Below are positions 1 through 12,260 of a stretch of 64,000 nucleotides of DNA, piece by piece (positions within the stretch are counted from its first letter, which is position 1; the number at the start of each line of letters is the position of its first letter). The DNA lies in NCBI RefSeq assembly GCF_009834535.1, contig NC_045703.1, positions 47,120,001-47,184,000 on the forward strand, given 5' to 3'. Both the position numbers and the translations under genes were made by a program. The notes under the pieces are model-generated. The model saw only the letters and a program-made list of their open reading frames with translations. It ran no database searches and was not told where the DNA came from. This DNA comes from Camelus ferus. Its lineage: Eukaryota.

Positions 1-9
1 AATGACCTG

Positions 10-200
10 ACTTCCATATATAATAAATGATTACCACAAGAAGTTTAGTTAACATCCATCATCTCATCAATAGCAAAAAAAAGGGGGGGGGAATTGATTT
101 TATCCTTGTGATGAGAACTCAGAATCTACTCTCAACAAATTTCAAGTATATGGCAGTGTTCGCTGTAGTCATCATGCTGTGTGTGACACCCCATCCTCAT
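10..200 (-). mobile_element. Old L1 3' end fragment (L1MA-type)
   Basis: Segment 'ccttgtgatgagaactc...ctcaacaaatttcaagtata...gtagtcatcatgctgt' resembles the antisense L1MA9/10-type 3' UTR. Subfamily from recall. Confidence 0.55.
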
Positions 201-1061
201 TCACAGCAGAAAGTGTGTAAGCCCTGAAATTGTTTTGTCTGTGTGTTTGCTTGTTTTATTTTGGGGGATATCATTTGAGTATTTGTCACTGGTATGTTTT
301 TGTCTTAGCCAATGAAAGTAAATTGTAGATGCATTGGTATACTTCAGAAATTGCATCTTAAAATGATTACATTGTCCTAGGAATTGTACCTCAATATTTC
401 AAAGTATTTTTAATATTTTCAGCAGATATTTAAGATCTTCCAACTCTTTTCCTCTTTATTAATTATGTGCTGTATTCAGGAGCTATGGAAGCTAGCAAGA
501 AGCATGTTTCCACCTTCCATTTGTGTTTTCTGTCTACTCTTTAGGTAATTTCTTGAAATGTGATAAATAGTGACGGTAGATGTGTTGAGTTTATGCATGT
601 ACTTTTGAGAGGAGACTTCACCTCCCAGCAAGGCTGGAAGGAACACTTCCTTTCTTGGAGGGGGAACACTGCTAAGTCTGCTCCTGAGAAGAGAGGAAGT
701 GCATTCCTCAGTGAACTGATCTCAAAGGACACCCACAGAGGCTAACGTGGAGTCTGAGGCCCCTGGGACATGGATTCCACCCTGGGGACAAAGGAGCAGC
801 AGCCTTAAATTTACTGGGGTTTATTTCTAATACCTGGGAGAATATGAGTCTCTAAGCAGATTTAAGAGTATTGCAGAAAAAGAAATCCTATTTCTAGATC
901 TAGTACCTGAGTGGGGGAGCTAAGATTTGTACCTGTCAGTATGGATATTTCATGTCCTCTCCCCTCCCACACACTGACCTTTGCAGAAATCCAAACTGCG
1001 TGGCAAAATGAGGAAGGTGTGGTCAGGCTTAACCTGGGTTAAACCCTGGATTAAGTGAGGG

Positions 1062-3115
1062 AATAGCCCCCACCCCCTGGGTCAGGGAATTCCCTGCCAG
1101 TTGTTGAGTGTGTATATCCCAGGCATGAATTCCAGAATTGGGGAAATAGCCCTCAGTGGTTTGGGGGACCCAATACCAGAGGCAAAAAATATCTAAGACT
1201 ATTGATCACCCGACCTTCATAAGCTCCTACTCTAACTCATGGGCCCCTTTAACTGATGCACCACAGCAATGTTTTCAGTAATTCTGAATTAATACTAGTT
1301 TAGAGCGAGTGCCCAGTAATCTCCTAAAATCTGAATGTTCCTCTTTCCTCAACACATAGTTCCCATGAAAAGAGACTGCATGCCACTTCAGGAAAGGTCA
1401 GAAGAAACATTAACAATATATTCTTGGCTCTATAACAGGAGCCTTCCTCAAGGGGACCCAGGCTGGGATTCACTCAAGGGCCTCTCGGTCTGTGAACTGG
1501 CTCAATCTGGGAGTTGACTGAGCAGCAATGACTAGGTGCTGGTGGTTCAAGTCAGTTCTGTTCACAAGAAGTTGGGGTTTTCCACTTACACAGAAACAAG
1601 TAAGACTTAAGTAGGCTGGACACCCATTTCAGCACTAGGGAGACCATGATCACATAATCGACATCGTAGGTTTCTGGGAGTCGTGTTATTCTGACCACTG
1701 CTTTGTCTCCACTGTCCACGTTGATGAGGGTATTAACCTGATCTTTGGAGATGAAAAACCAAGTAAGTGCTTAGTAAGTGTTTTTCCACTCAAGTCCATG
1801 GATACCATTTGGCTCCTGCCAGTTTGGGATTAATTCATTTTATTTGCATTTAGGGTTCCCAAGTTGAATGGTAGCAGTTCCCATTGTAATTTCTGATCTA
1901 CAACAAGGAATAACCCAGGAGTCTTTGAGGATGCTAGGCTCCCTTCATAAATTTATTTCTTATATTTGTGGTGATTGTCAGGTCCTCTGGGCCCTGCTGG
2001 TTTGGACAAGCATTTTATATATAATGAGGTCGCTCAAGCATTCTACGTTCCTAAGTCTTTGCATACTATTCTTGATAGGAGAGCAAGGAAGTTCTGACAT
2101 TTCAGCTTCATCTATTACAAGCAGCATTTTGGTCTATATGTCAGTTAATAAACCAAACAATCCTTTAGAGCTATTCCTAGCTCTTTGAATTCATATTCAC
2201 TGCTAACCGGGCTCATATCAATACATTTGGCCCAATTGGATTTTATATTATTTCAATACTGAGAACACTTTTGATATTCATTCCCACATACATTTCTCAG
2301 AGTTCTGTTAATACAGATGTCCAAGTTATTCTGTTTCATGTCATATCTCCTGATGCATTACATATTATAACTCATTCTTGGGGGCCTGCTAGGACCAGAT
2401 CCTGATTATAGGTTTAGAGGCAAGGAAACGTGTTAAGGAAGGTACTGAGGGGGGTCAGTGGTGCATTGTTAAAGCAACTACCTCAGGCGAGGCCATTTAG
2501 CTTCTTCAGACAAGGGGAGACTGAGCTCCCCAGCGGTGGTGGGAGGGCTGCCTCTCCTGGTAGAAAAGGCTTGACAGAATTAGGGCTTGGAGGAAACCAG
2601 TTCCAACAGGACCTGCCTCTATGTCACCGCCCTAACTTTGAGAATCCCTTTCCTCCATACTCAAAGCCAGAATTTTAGTGAGAAATGCTCTGGAAGTTTG
2701 AGAATTCCATCTACACTTTAATTCAGGCTGCTACAGAATTATGCTTGGAGTTTGGTTTTCAGAAATTCAGTTCTGGGCTCTGGGAGATAAAGGGTTCTCT
2801 CAAGGATTTCATTGAAGCTCGCAGGTTAATTATACGGACCTTGAGCTTGGACTTAAAGCCTTTAATTTTCACTATTTTTCTTCCAAGTTTTCCAGAACTA
2901 TTCAAAGAAACTAACAAATTCATTATACCCCCCTTTTTCACTAAAATGTTGTATGGCAGCAAGGACTTGGTCACCCAGACCTTTTCTTCTGGGGGCACTT
3001 GATTACAGGAATCTGTAGGTAGTAAACTGAAGAAGTATTTTTGCACTCTAGCCCAGGGCTCCTAGTTCTCTCTCTACCACTGGAAACAGGGTCATTGATA
3101 AGAATGTGTCCTAAA
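1062..3115 (-). mobile_element. Degraded ERVL internal region (gag through protease)
   Basis: Manual minus-strand translation gives broken ERVL gag-like motifs (ENQTPSIIL; EAEMSELP..MQRLR; NKFMKGA; LGTLNA), followed by protease-region similarity. Many stops and frameshifts. Confidence 0.75.
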
Positions 3116-3315
3116 TAGATGGTTCTAACAAAAGTGAAAAGGCAATCCCCAACAATTAATAACAATAAATAACATGGCTCTCACATTCTGGATAAAGTTT
3201 TGAAGAATATACACCATTTCTATCTCATGAAAAGGTCAGATGTCATCAGGAAATTAGTAGGGCATGAACTCATTTTAGCATAAACATCATTGTTATTTAA
3301 AGTTTTTTCCCCTTT

Positions 3316-3338
3316 CCGTACCTTGCACTGTGGGGATT
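3316..3338 (+). promoter_or_regulatory. Conserved upstream motif of TAAR7 copy A
   Basis: ccgtaccttgcactgtggggatt, ~465 bp upstream of the ATG. Homologous motifs lie upstream of TAAR6, TAAR7 copy B and TAAR8. Confidence 0.45.
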
Positions 3339-3801
3339 CAGTCTGAAGGGCTTTGGGTATTGGAATCATTTAGCTCCTTTCCTGAGGGGACAGAGTGTTT
3401 GGGGCGTTATCCTTGCTCTGATAAATTAGGAAAGAATGTTCATAAAGTGTGGCATTTGAACATGCATCATGTAATAGCTCCTTGAACACCAACAGTTTTC
3501 TGATATGAAGAACTAGGTAATGCAAGCAGATTTTTTTTTAATTTAGATAAATAGAAGTTTATGTAATGATGAAAAGTAACTGCTTATTCATTTGGAAGTG
3601 AATTTTTTTTTTTTGAGGTGAGAATATGAGTCACCTTCTAAACATGAAAATAAGGATTTGTTCTTAGAAAAAGATAGAGACAGAATATACTAGCAGTTAC
3701 TGACAAACTGTATTTATCTTGTTTTAAGAACATTTGAAAACTGGAACGACAACCTGGGCCACAGAGGGTGACAGTTATTCCGGGAGTCAAAACGGAGAAC
3801 C

Positions 3802-4833
3802 ATGAGCAGCGACTGGCCGCCTCCCGCGGCTGCGCAGCTCTGCTATGAGCACCTGAACGGATCCTGTGTCAAAACCCCCTACTCACCCGGCCCCCGCCTG
3901 ATCCTGTACGCTGCGTTCGGCTCTGGAGCTGCCCTGGCTGTGTTTGGAAACCTCTTGGTGATGATTTCAATTCTCCACTTCAAGCAGCTGCATTCTCCAG
4001 CCAATTTTTTGATCGCCTCCCTGGCCTGTGCGGACTTCTTGGTGGGGGTGGCTGTGATGCCCTTCAGCACAGTGAGGTCCGTGGAGGGCTGCTGGTACTT
4101 TGGGCAGCGCTTCTGTCAGTTTCACTCCTGTTTTGACGGGTCGTTCTGTTATGCTTCCATCTACCACCTGTGCTTTATCTCTCTCGACAGATACCTGGCG
4201 GTCACTGACTCCCTGCTCTATCCCACCAGGTTCACTGCCAATGTTTCTGGCCTGTGTATTGCCTTCTCCTGGCTTTTTTCCATTTTTTATTCTTTTTCCC
4301 TTTTTGGCACAGGTGCGAATGAAGCTGGGCTGGAGGATCTAGTAAGTGCTCTCACCTGTGTGGGTGGCTGTCAAATTGCAGTGAATCAAAGTTGGGTATT
4401 GGTCAATTTCCTATTATTTTTCCTTCCCATGCTTGTGATGATAATTGTGTACTCCAAGATCTTCCTCATTGCCAAACAACAGGCAAGAAAAATTGAAAGT
4501 GTGAGCAATAAGACTGTGAGATCCTCAGACAGTTACAGAGACAGAGTGGCCAAGAGGGAGAGAAAAGCAGCAAAAACGCTGGGCATTGCAGTGGTAGCAT
4601 TTCTGATTTCCTGGCTGCCATACTTTGTGGATTCAATAATTGATGCCTTCCTGGGCTTCATCACCCCCACATACATTTATGAAATATTGGTTTGGATTGC
4701 TTATTTTAACTCAGCTATGAACCCCTTGATTTATGCTTTCTTTTATCCTTGGTTTCGAAAAGCCATCAAATTAATTGCCACTGGCAAAGTCTTGAGAGAG
4801 AATTCTTCAACAATACATTTACTTTCTGGCTAA
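3802..4833 (+). CDS. TAAR7: Trace amine-associated receptor 7-like, copy A (343 aa)
   Basis: Single ORF with 7TM class A motifs ([26 protein letters not shown]). TAAR7-type signatures [42 protein letters not shown]. Asp3.32 is present. Confidence 0.93.
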   Translation: MSSDWPPPAAAQLCYEHLNGSCVKTPYSPGPRLILYAAFGSGAALAVFGNLLVMISILHFKQLHSPANFLIASLACADFLVGVAVMPFSTVRSVEGCWYFGQRFCQFHSCFDGSFCYASIYHLCFISLDRYLAVTDSLLYPTRFTANVSGLCIAFSWLFSIFYSFSLFGTGANEAGLEDLVSALTCVGGCQIAVNQSWVLVNFLLFFLPMLVMIIVYSKIFLIAKQQARKIESVSNKTVRSSDSYRDRVAKRERKAAKTLGIAVVAFLISWLPYFVDSIIDAFLGFITPTYIYEILVWIAYFNSAMNPLIYAFFYPWFRKAIKLIATGKVLRENSSTIHLLSG

Positions 4834-5029
4834 GTTCATATTTTAGATTGAAGAATTGAAAATAGATTCACAGTGAAGCTACTATTGGGGAGAAAAAAAT
4901 TGATCATAAAAGTGCAATATCTTCTAACGTAAAATAATTAAATTGTGGTTCCACTTGGACCCAAACACTAAATTCAGGTTCATAGCTCTTTGGTATATGT
5001 GACATTAACACCCATTTGTGATGGGAACA

Positions 5030-5190
5030 GCATGCCCTTGGAGCCAGAAATGGCTGGAATGCAGTACCAACTCTGCCATTTAATGCTGTGATCTTGGGCA
5101 ACTTAGCTGTTTCTGAACTTCACTGTATTTCTCTCGTTCAAAATCCCTCTCCTGTAGTATTCATGACAAAATTTAAGATAACACATGTAA
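5030..5190 (+). mobile_element. MIR SINE fragment
   Basis: 'ctctgccatttaatgctgtgatcttgggcaacttag' MIR core-like sequence. Confidence 0.45.
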
Positions 5191-6399
5191 AGGATGTAAT
5201 ATATATTTGTTATTTTAAATTCTCCCTTTAGTTACCTCATAATAGTTCAATCCCTGCCTATATCTTTTCTTCTTCCCTTTGAAATATTTTTCTATGAAAA
5301 TGTAGATACAATCATGAGATACTTAGTGAGGTGGTGGCTTCTTAAGAGGGCAAAGAGGACATCTGCACTGTCCTGTGTTGAGATTTGCAAGCCCCAAATT
5401 GTGATTTTAGAATCAGGTAAAATCAGTCAAGATCGCACTGTTAACTACAATATCAATCAATTATTTACAATGGGATTGATAGCTGGCATTATTTACAATG
5501 GGACTGATAACATTCATTTATTCAGTGAGCTCCTTCCTCATGAGTAAGTCTGCTCATAAAATCACATTATCGTTCTGAAGTTTTACCAGTTAGCATATGT
5601 TTAAAACAAGGATTTTAATATTGTCATTCATTATGTTACTTTATTTTTGAATTAATTTATTTTGTATTCACTTAAGTGTACATTGTTCTGAAAATTATTT
5701 GCAGTGATTTTTGAGGATACACTTGAAAGCATAACTTAAAAATATGTTCAAAAGAGGAAACTGGAATGAGGGGCATAAAATGAAACCAAGACAGATGCTG
5801 CAAATTGCATTTTCTTATGACTCATAAACTTGGTTCCAAGGCCAAAAATGGGAAATGAATTAGTTATGCAATTCATAGTGGACACATTAAGCCAGTTATT
5901 TCAGAGAATTGTTCTTGGTATTAAGTGGGTGCTGTAGGTCCATGAACAATGTAAGTGATTCACTTAATTCTATTCTAGTTTTAGTGTCTTTTTGCAATTA
6001 GACATCAAGATTTTAAAATCAGATTACTCTATCTTTGGTGCAAGAGTAAATTTATATCAAAACATTCTTGCTATATTTAAAATTTTTTTAGCTTAATGTA
6101 AAACAACATTATCCATTAGCACATCATTTCTATTATTACAGATCCTTTAATTGTAAAGATATACTTTCCAGAAATAGTGTATTTTTTCTGATTATACGGA
6201 TCTTGTGAGAAACTCTCATCTTTATCTGGTATTACCAATAATTAAAGGTAAAGATTAAGGATAAATTAGCAGTTTATCCACAATTCTTTAGTTCTAACAC
6301 CGAATATAATAAATTTGTTTTGATTCCTGAGGTTCAGGATAGCAACTTTTTCTAATCCTGTTTTGAAAGGTATTGATGGAATAAAATTTATGTTTTGAC

Positions 6400-6830
6400 A
6401 AGAAAATTTAAGCATCACATACTCCCTGCCCGTGTTGGGATCTCCCTGATGTGCAACGAGCCTCTGTATTATGTCTTAACCAGACTTCCTCCGAGCAGGA
6501 ATGCTTGCTCAACTATAAAGATCAGTTTTCTCCTTTTCCTGATGCCAGCAGTGTAACTCCTTACAAGATAAACTTCCTTTCCCCCAGTTCCCGTAAGAGG
6601 TCATGGTGACCTGTTGCTTGCTTAGTATGTGCTTATCTGGACTATGTATCTTTGGTGAACTTTATGTAAAATGTCAGTCTGTCATTTTGATGTATGATCC
6701 TTTCTCTCGAAAATGTACATGACTGTGCTTTGTGATAGGCTGTCTCCCATATTATAATCCTCAGGATGCCTCAAATAAAAGTCTCTATTTCTTCCTTAGA
6801 TTGATTATTGATTAATGTTTTTCATTTTAA
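6400..6830 (+). mobile_element. Possible LTR remnant (unclassified)
   Basis: LTR-like composition with AATAAA at ~6775. Termini and target-site duplication (TSD) not resolved. Confidence 0.3.
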
Positions 6831-7261
6831 AGATAAAAATGCTAAAATCAAAATGTTTAAGAAATCTGGTGAATATTATAAAATTTCTAGAATCAAATAA
6901 GCACTTCTTATAGCTACTTCAATACATTTACACTTGTCCTTTTTTTTAGTGGCCTTTCTAAAATGTTAGACAAATCATCTAACTTTGCCACTTCCTTTCC
7001 TAGAGCAACATACTATTCTATTTTTATAAATGTTTGAAGACTTGCATTATAAGGAAATAAGCTTCTTCCCTCATTACTCTCTTCTGTGAATTAATCTGGT
7101 CATGTAGGGGGCTAGTCTCTTGGATTTGCTTCAATGAACATTTATTGAGTGCTTCTGGTATGCAAAGCATGAGCTTTGGAACTGGAAGGATATAACAATA
7201 AAAACAATTTAAACCTAAGAATACTTTATCTAAGTTATGAAACTCTCACTCTGTGCACGGG

Positions 7262-7450
7262 ACTGCCTCACCTGCACTAACACAATCTTCACAACAACGC
7301 TATGAGCCAGGGAATAGCATTACTACGTCATATTATTATTATTTCTATTTCATAAATGAGGAACTTGAGGCATGGAGAGGTAAGTTACATATCTAAGGCA
7401 GTGTTACTTGTTAAACAAGAGAACTGGAGTTCACACCCTGAGAGTCAGCG
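7262..7450 (-). mobile_element. MIR SINE
   Basis: 'cttcacaacaacgctatgag...cataaatgaggaacttgaggcatggagaggtaag' is a typical antisense MIR core. Confidence 0.65.
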
Positions 7451-7974
7451 AGTAAGTCAAGTAACCACTAACTATTCCTCCCTTCTGTGGCCCAGACACT
7501 GCAGTCAAGTTGTTGACAGCAATACAAACACAAGGTTTTTACACAAATTTCTATAAAGGAAAAATTTGATCATCATAAAGAAAAGTATTAACAAAGTTCT
7601 TTGAGAAATGGGGACATTGGAGGAAGTAATTGATTTGCTATGATATAAAAATTTTTAAATAAAATTTTAATATATTGTTTTCTAATCAGCCTTACTTCTT
7701 CATTATTGAAGTTTTATTTTATTGTACAAGATTTTCCCCCCTGAGGCTGAGTGGAGGGTCATTCGAATAAACTATATCTTAACTACTAAGGGTAATTATT
7801 GGTCTGCCCATCAGGAAAAATCATGTTCTTATTGTTTTATATTATTTAGTCATTTGGTCCTTTTGTGCCCTTTCTCCACACAAATCACTTCTAAGCATTG
7901 AGATTAAAGGTTTTGTTTAACTTTTTTCTGAGGGTATTATCAGTTCATTATTATGAGTAACAATATGATTACAT

Positions 7975-8417
7975 TTGCAATTTTTATTGAAATGTAGTTG
8001 ACATACAATATTATCTTAGTATCAGGTGTACCACATAGTGATTTGATGTTTGCATACAATATTAAATGATCACCATGATAAGTCCAGTAACCTTCTGTCC
8101 CCATATGAAGGTATTACGTTCTTCACCATATTCCTTGTGCTCTATATTGCATCCCCGTACGTTATTTATTTTATAGCTGGAGGTTTGTACCTCTTAATTC
8201 CCTTCACCTATTTCATGCCCTCCTAACACCTTCCCTCTGGCAACCACCTGTTTGTTCTCTGTATCTATGAGTCTGTTTTCATTTTATGTTGTTTGTTTTG
8301 TTTGTTTTTTAGAATCCACATATAAGTGAGATCACACAGTATTTGCCTTTCTCTATCTCACATATTTCACTTAGTCTAATATCTTCTAGATCCATCCATG
8401 TTATCACAATGGCAAGA
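7975..8417 (-). mobile_element. L1 3' end (Laurasiatherian-type)
   Basis: 'tttttattgaaatgtagttgacatacaata...ctctggcaaccac...gtatctatgagtctg...tccacatataagtgagatca' antisense L1 3' UTR. Confidence 0.8.
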
Positions 8418-8559
8418 AAGAAACACATAAGCCTAACTTCAGTGCACAGATAAGAACAGAGATGTGTATTGGTACTACCAATTTTAATATATTTATTTCT
8501 TCACAGACATTTTAAATTATAGAGATAAGTTACAAATGAAATTCCCGCCCTGTACACAC

Positions 8560-9550
8560 ACACTGTCTATTATACATAAATTTAGACTTTGTAAAAGCAT
8601 ACATATATGGGGGCCACATTACTTATGCTGTTTTATAATCTGGGTCAGAGTTTTCTGGTTTTGTTTTAGTTTTAGTCAAAAAAATATACCGTGTTTGTCT
8701 TCCCTTGTCAATGAATACAGAACTTCTTAGCACTGTTTATTGGCTTCAGAACATTCTATTGCATAGGTGGATCATTTTTATTTAACTTACCCCACATTGA
8801 TCTAGGTGTTTTCCAGTTTGTAATTAACAATAGTACAATGAATGTGCTTGTCATGTTTGCTTCCTTGATTGACTCTTTCCTTAGGATTACTTGTCAGAAA
8901 TACAAGTACAGAAGCAAGTGACATGCATGATTTAAACTTTTACATAAATATCTTCATTCCGCTCAGAGAGAAGATACTAAATTATATTTTCCCTAGATGT
9001 ATGTGAGCATGCTTTCCTCTCATGAGAATGCTTAATTTCCTGCTTTCTAATTACTATCAGTTATTATTGATTCTTCTAGAATTTGCCAATTTGAGATATC
9101 AAACTTATTACATTTTATAAGCATTTCTGGATTATTTGTACATTTGATATTTTAATGTATTTATTTGGCCTACCTCTGTAAAATTGCCTATTTATTTGTT
9201 TAGTGAGATATTTGTCTCCATCTTACCGTTTTATAAAAGGCTTTTGCATTTTTAAGTCTCCTAACCCCTTTCTGTCATGCATGCTGTGGATCGTTTCCAA
9301 GTTAGTCTTTTTAGTTTCTTTCCATAACATGGTTTTGTTTTCCTTTGAAGTTTAAAAATTGAAATTTAGCGCATGAATCTATATGGATTTTGTGCTATGA
9401 TCTCACCAATAAAATCATAAAAGAGATATTATCTTCTAGTTTTAACATCTGGAAGAAATCAGTTTCGATTTTGTGAAATACATGAAGCAAGACACAAGAA
9501 TTTTTCAAAAAGTTATATATCACTTCCACATTTCTAAATTATCCCCTTTT
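8560..9550 (-). mobile_element. Old L1ME-type fragments
   Basis: Degenerate antisense L1 3' motifs ('acattctattgcatagg', 'ttccagtttg...acaatgaatgtgcttg'). Confidence 0.4.
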
Positions 9551-10777
9551 TTCTAATAACTTAAATAACAGTGTTGTTTTTATCATGGACAATGTATAAA
9601 CTCAAAATAGTGTTATTGAGGGGAAAAAATGACAAAGTTGCCCTCTATCAAGACTGGAAGATAAAATAACACATCTCATGGAATGAGAAAACAATTACTT
9701 AAAAAGATAATCACTTTGCAGAAACTGTACCATTTGCTCCCAGTTATTCCCAAATTACGAAATATCCTCCCAAATATAAAATATGATTCTTATCCTCAGT
9801 CTGAAATGGTTGAGGGGTATGGCTAGAGACCTTTAGGAGCTCCAGAAATACCAGACCCCAAGACACAAGGTGCTCAAAATGAAAGTAAACCGAGCCCAAA
9901 GAAAGACAGGGAAAATATGACATTAACAGGGAACATGGAATAAAAAAAGCTTTGAAAGTGGAAAAAAGATAAGTTTGGTAGGAAAGGTAAGATGGATACA
10001 GGAGGCCTGAAAGAGAGAAATAAATAACAAAGTGTGCAGATTTAAGGAAACTAGAAAATATGATCACTGGGTCAAACATTAGTTAGTACATATGTTTCTA
10101 TCAAATGCTCAACGATGTTTACTTCACCAAAAAGATAAAAATATAAACAAACGTGATGCTACTGAAATTGAGGTACCATTTCTCCTCCCTAATTTAATGG
10201 AACATTTTCAAGCATTGTATTTCATGTCATAATTCCAGATCAAGTTCCAATTTTTCAAATCATCAATATGAAATTTATGCTTGTTTAGAAATTAATTTTA
10301 TGACTGATGAACTCTCCTTTAATATTGGCCAGTTTGATAAGTTTTATTGTTTAAAAAAAAAGCAATAGTCTGATGAAAACTAATCATAAGGAAATTTTTG
10401 ACAAGTTGGGAGGCAGTAGGAAATTTTGTAAGAAAAAAAGAAAGAAAATCAAAGACAACAAAGATGTTTTCAGGCTACAAAGGGAAGAGTTAATGGAATA
10501 AAAGGAAAAAGGGAGGGAGGAAAGTGTCTTCAGGGAATGGGGTACAGTGAGTTCTGCAGCAGTTAGCAAACAGGGATTTAATATTTACTAGCCAAATAAA
10601 TGTCCTTAGAGAAGTCACAGGGAAAAGCATAACTTAACAAGACTGAAAATCATGCATTTATCCAATTAAATTTGAAAAGCAATTTGCTTTCTCCTCATTA
10701 ACAGTCTTACTTGATTTTTATAAACTCATTTCATTTGGAAAATGTAAAGATAGCTTCAGTTTCCTCAGTCCAAAGGC

Positions 10778-11815
10778 TTACATTTGTTCAGAGAACAAAT
10801 TCATGCTTGCAGAACTGTTCTTGAACACTTGACCACTCACAATAACTTTTATGGCTTTCCTAAACCAAGGATAAAACAAAGCATAAATCAAGGGGTTCAT
10901 GGCTGAGTTATAATAAGCACACCAACAGCAAATCTCATAAATATAGGCAGGGGTTATGAAGCCCATAAAGGCATCAATTAATGAGTCAATACTATATGGT
11001 AACCACGAAACCATAAATGCTATGACCGTGATACCCAGGGTTTTAGCTGCTCTTCTCTCTCTCTTGGCCACTCTGGATTTATAACTGTCTGATGATGATT
11101 CTGTTTTGCTACCAGTATTTTCAATCTTTTTAGCTTGTTGTCTAGCGACAAGAAAAATATTACCATAGAGAATTATCATAATAAGAGTGGGTATAAAGAA
11201 GGATAGAAAATCTATCAACACCCAGTTTTGATTTACAACTGCCTGACAACCTCCCACACAGTTGAGGGTGCTAGATAATTCCTCTAGCCCATCATCAGAG
11301 GCACCTGTGTAGAACACGGCGCCGCTGTAAGTCAGGGGCAGAACCCAGGAGAGGCTGATGCATATCCCTGACACAGACACTGTGAACTTGGTGGGATAGA
11401 CCAGAGGGTCTGTAACAGCAATGTACCTGTCGATAGAGATGAAGCATAAGTGGAAGAGAGAAGAGTAACAAAATGCCGCATCACAGCATGTGTGGAAAGT
11501 GCAGAAACTTCGCCCAAAGTACCAGCAGCTCTCCACAGTCCTGACCATGCTGAAGGGCATCACAGTCACTCCCACCAGAAAGTCAGCACAAGCCAAAGAG
11601 GCGATGAGAAAATTGGTTGGCGAGTGCAGCTGCTTGAAGTGAAGGATGGAAATCATCACCAGGAGGTTTCCAAACGTGGCCAGCAGAGCCCCAAAGCCAA
11701 ACACCGTGTACAGAATCACCCGGGGTCCTGACGAGTAGGCAGTTTTTACACAGGACCCGTTCACATTCTCATAGCAGAGCTGGGCAGCTGCTAGGGGGGA
11801 CGAGGTGCTGCTCAT
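10778..11815 (-). CDS. TAAR6: Trace amine-associated receptor 6 (345 aa)
   Basis: Intact 7TM ORF with TAAR6-type [33 protein letters not shown] and C-terminal MNLFSE. Same length as human TAAR6 (recall). Confidence 0.95.
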   Translation of the reverse strand: MSSTSSPLAAAQLCYENVNGSCVKTAYSSGPRVILYTVFGFGALLATFGNLLVMISILHFKQLHSPTNFLIASLACADFLVGVTVMPFSMVRTVESCWYFGRSFCTFHTCCDAAFCYSSLFHLCFISIDRYIAVTDPLVYPTKFTVSVSGICISLSWVLPLTYSGAVFYTGASDDGLEELSSTLNCVGGCQAVVNQNWVLIDFLSFFIPTLIMIILYGNIFLVARQQAKKIENTGSKTESSSDSYKSRVAKRERRAAKTLGITVIAFMVSWLPYSIDSLIDAFMGFITPAYIYEICCWCAYYNSAMNPLIYALFYPWFRKAIKVIVSGQVFKNSSASMNLFSEQM

Positions 11816-12260
11816 GACGCTGTCCTTTACATCCGGAGAATTCTGTCCTTCTCAGTTTTCACAGGGTATAGGATTCTGATTTTCAGTACTCCTGGGGGAA
11901 AAACATACATACACTGGGATGCCTGAAGAAACAAGATATTAATATAATTGTTTTTCCAACTTTCCATTTTATTACAAATCTCAAGTGTATTCCATAACAA
12001 ACTAAATACATCAAAATTATACTGTACAAGCTTACTGGAAGTTAATTTCAACTAACTCATGCTTGGTTCTCTTAATTTCAAAAAATTCCCTTTTAGTCAT
12101 AAATTTTTTGTTTGTTTGTTTACCTCCAGAGTTCCTTTTTGCAACAAGCACTGATGTGGAAAGTAATATAGAGTTAAAGCACCATCTCTTGTTAGGTTTA
12201 TTTGCATTACTGCCTAAAGCACGCAGTCCTTCCTGATAAATACATGCCATCAATGGGAAA

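Larger units (their letters stand above)
2671..5760 (+). repeat. Inverted segmental-duplication arm A (partner ~21965-25010); core 2904-4939 is ~99% identical to 22743-24775
   Basis: Hand alignment with the reverse complement gives 15 substitutions and 2 small indels over ~2035 bp in the core. The flanks are ~70-80% identical. Confidence 0.95.

Noticed and set aside
2759-3046. 95-aa minus-strand ORF (and 2685-3002, 1868-2188)
   Set aside because: They are fragments or antisense frames of the decayed ERVL gag, which is full of stops and frameshifts, so this is not a domesticated gene.
3879-4342. Antisense and alternate-frame ORFs overlapping TAAR genes (also 11332-11731, 23340-23803, 29396-29596, 39918-40478, 46437-47348, 58793-59334)
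   Set aside because: These are shadow ORFs of the GPCR coding sequences. They recur in paralogues only because the sense strand is conserved, and they show no independent protein motifs.
11190-11225. Second TM5 aspartate (VLIDFL) in TAAR6 and TAAR8
   Set aside because: This is an already described feature of these subfamilies, linked to proposed diamine binding.
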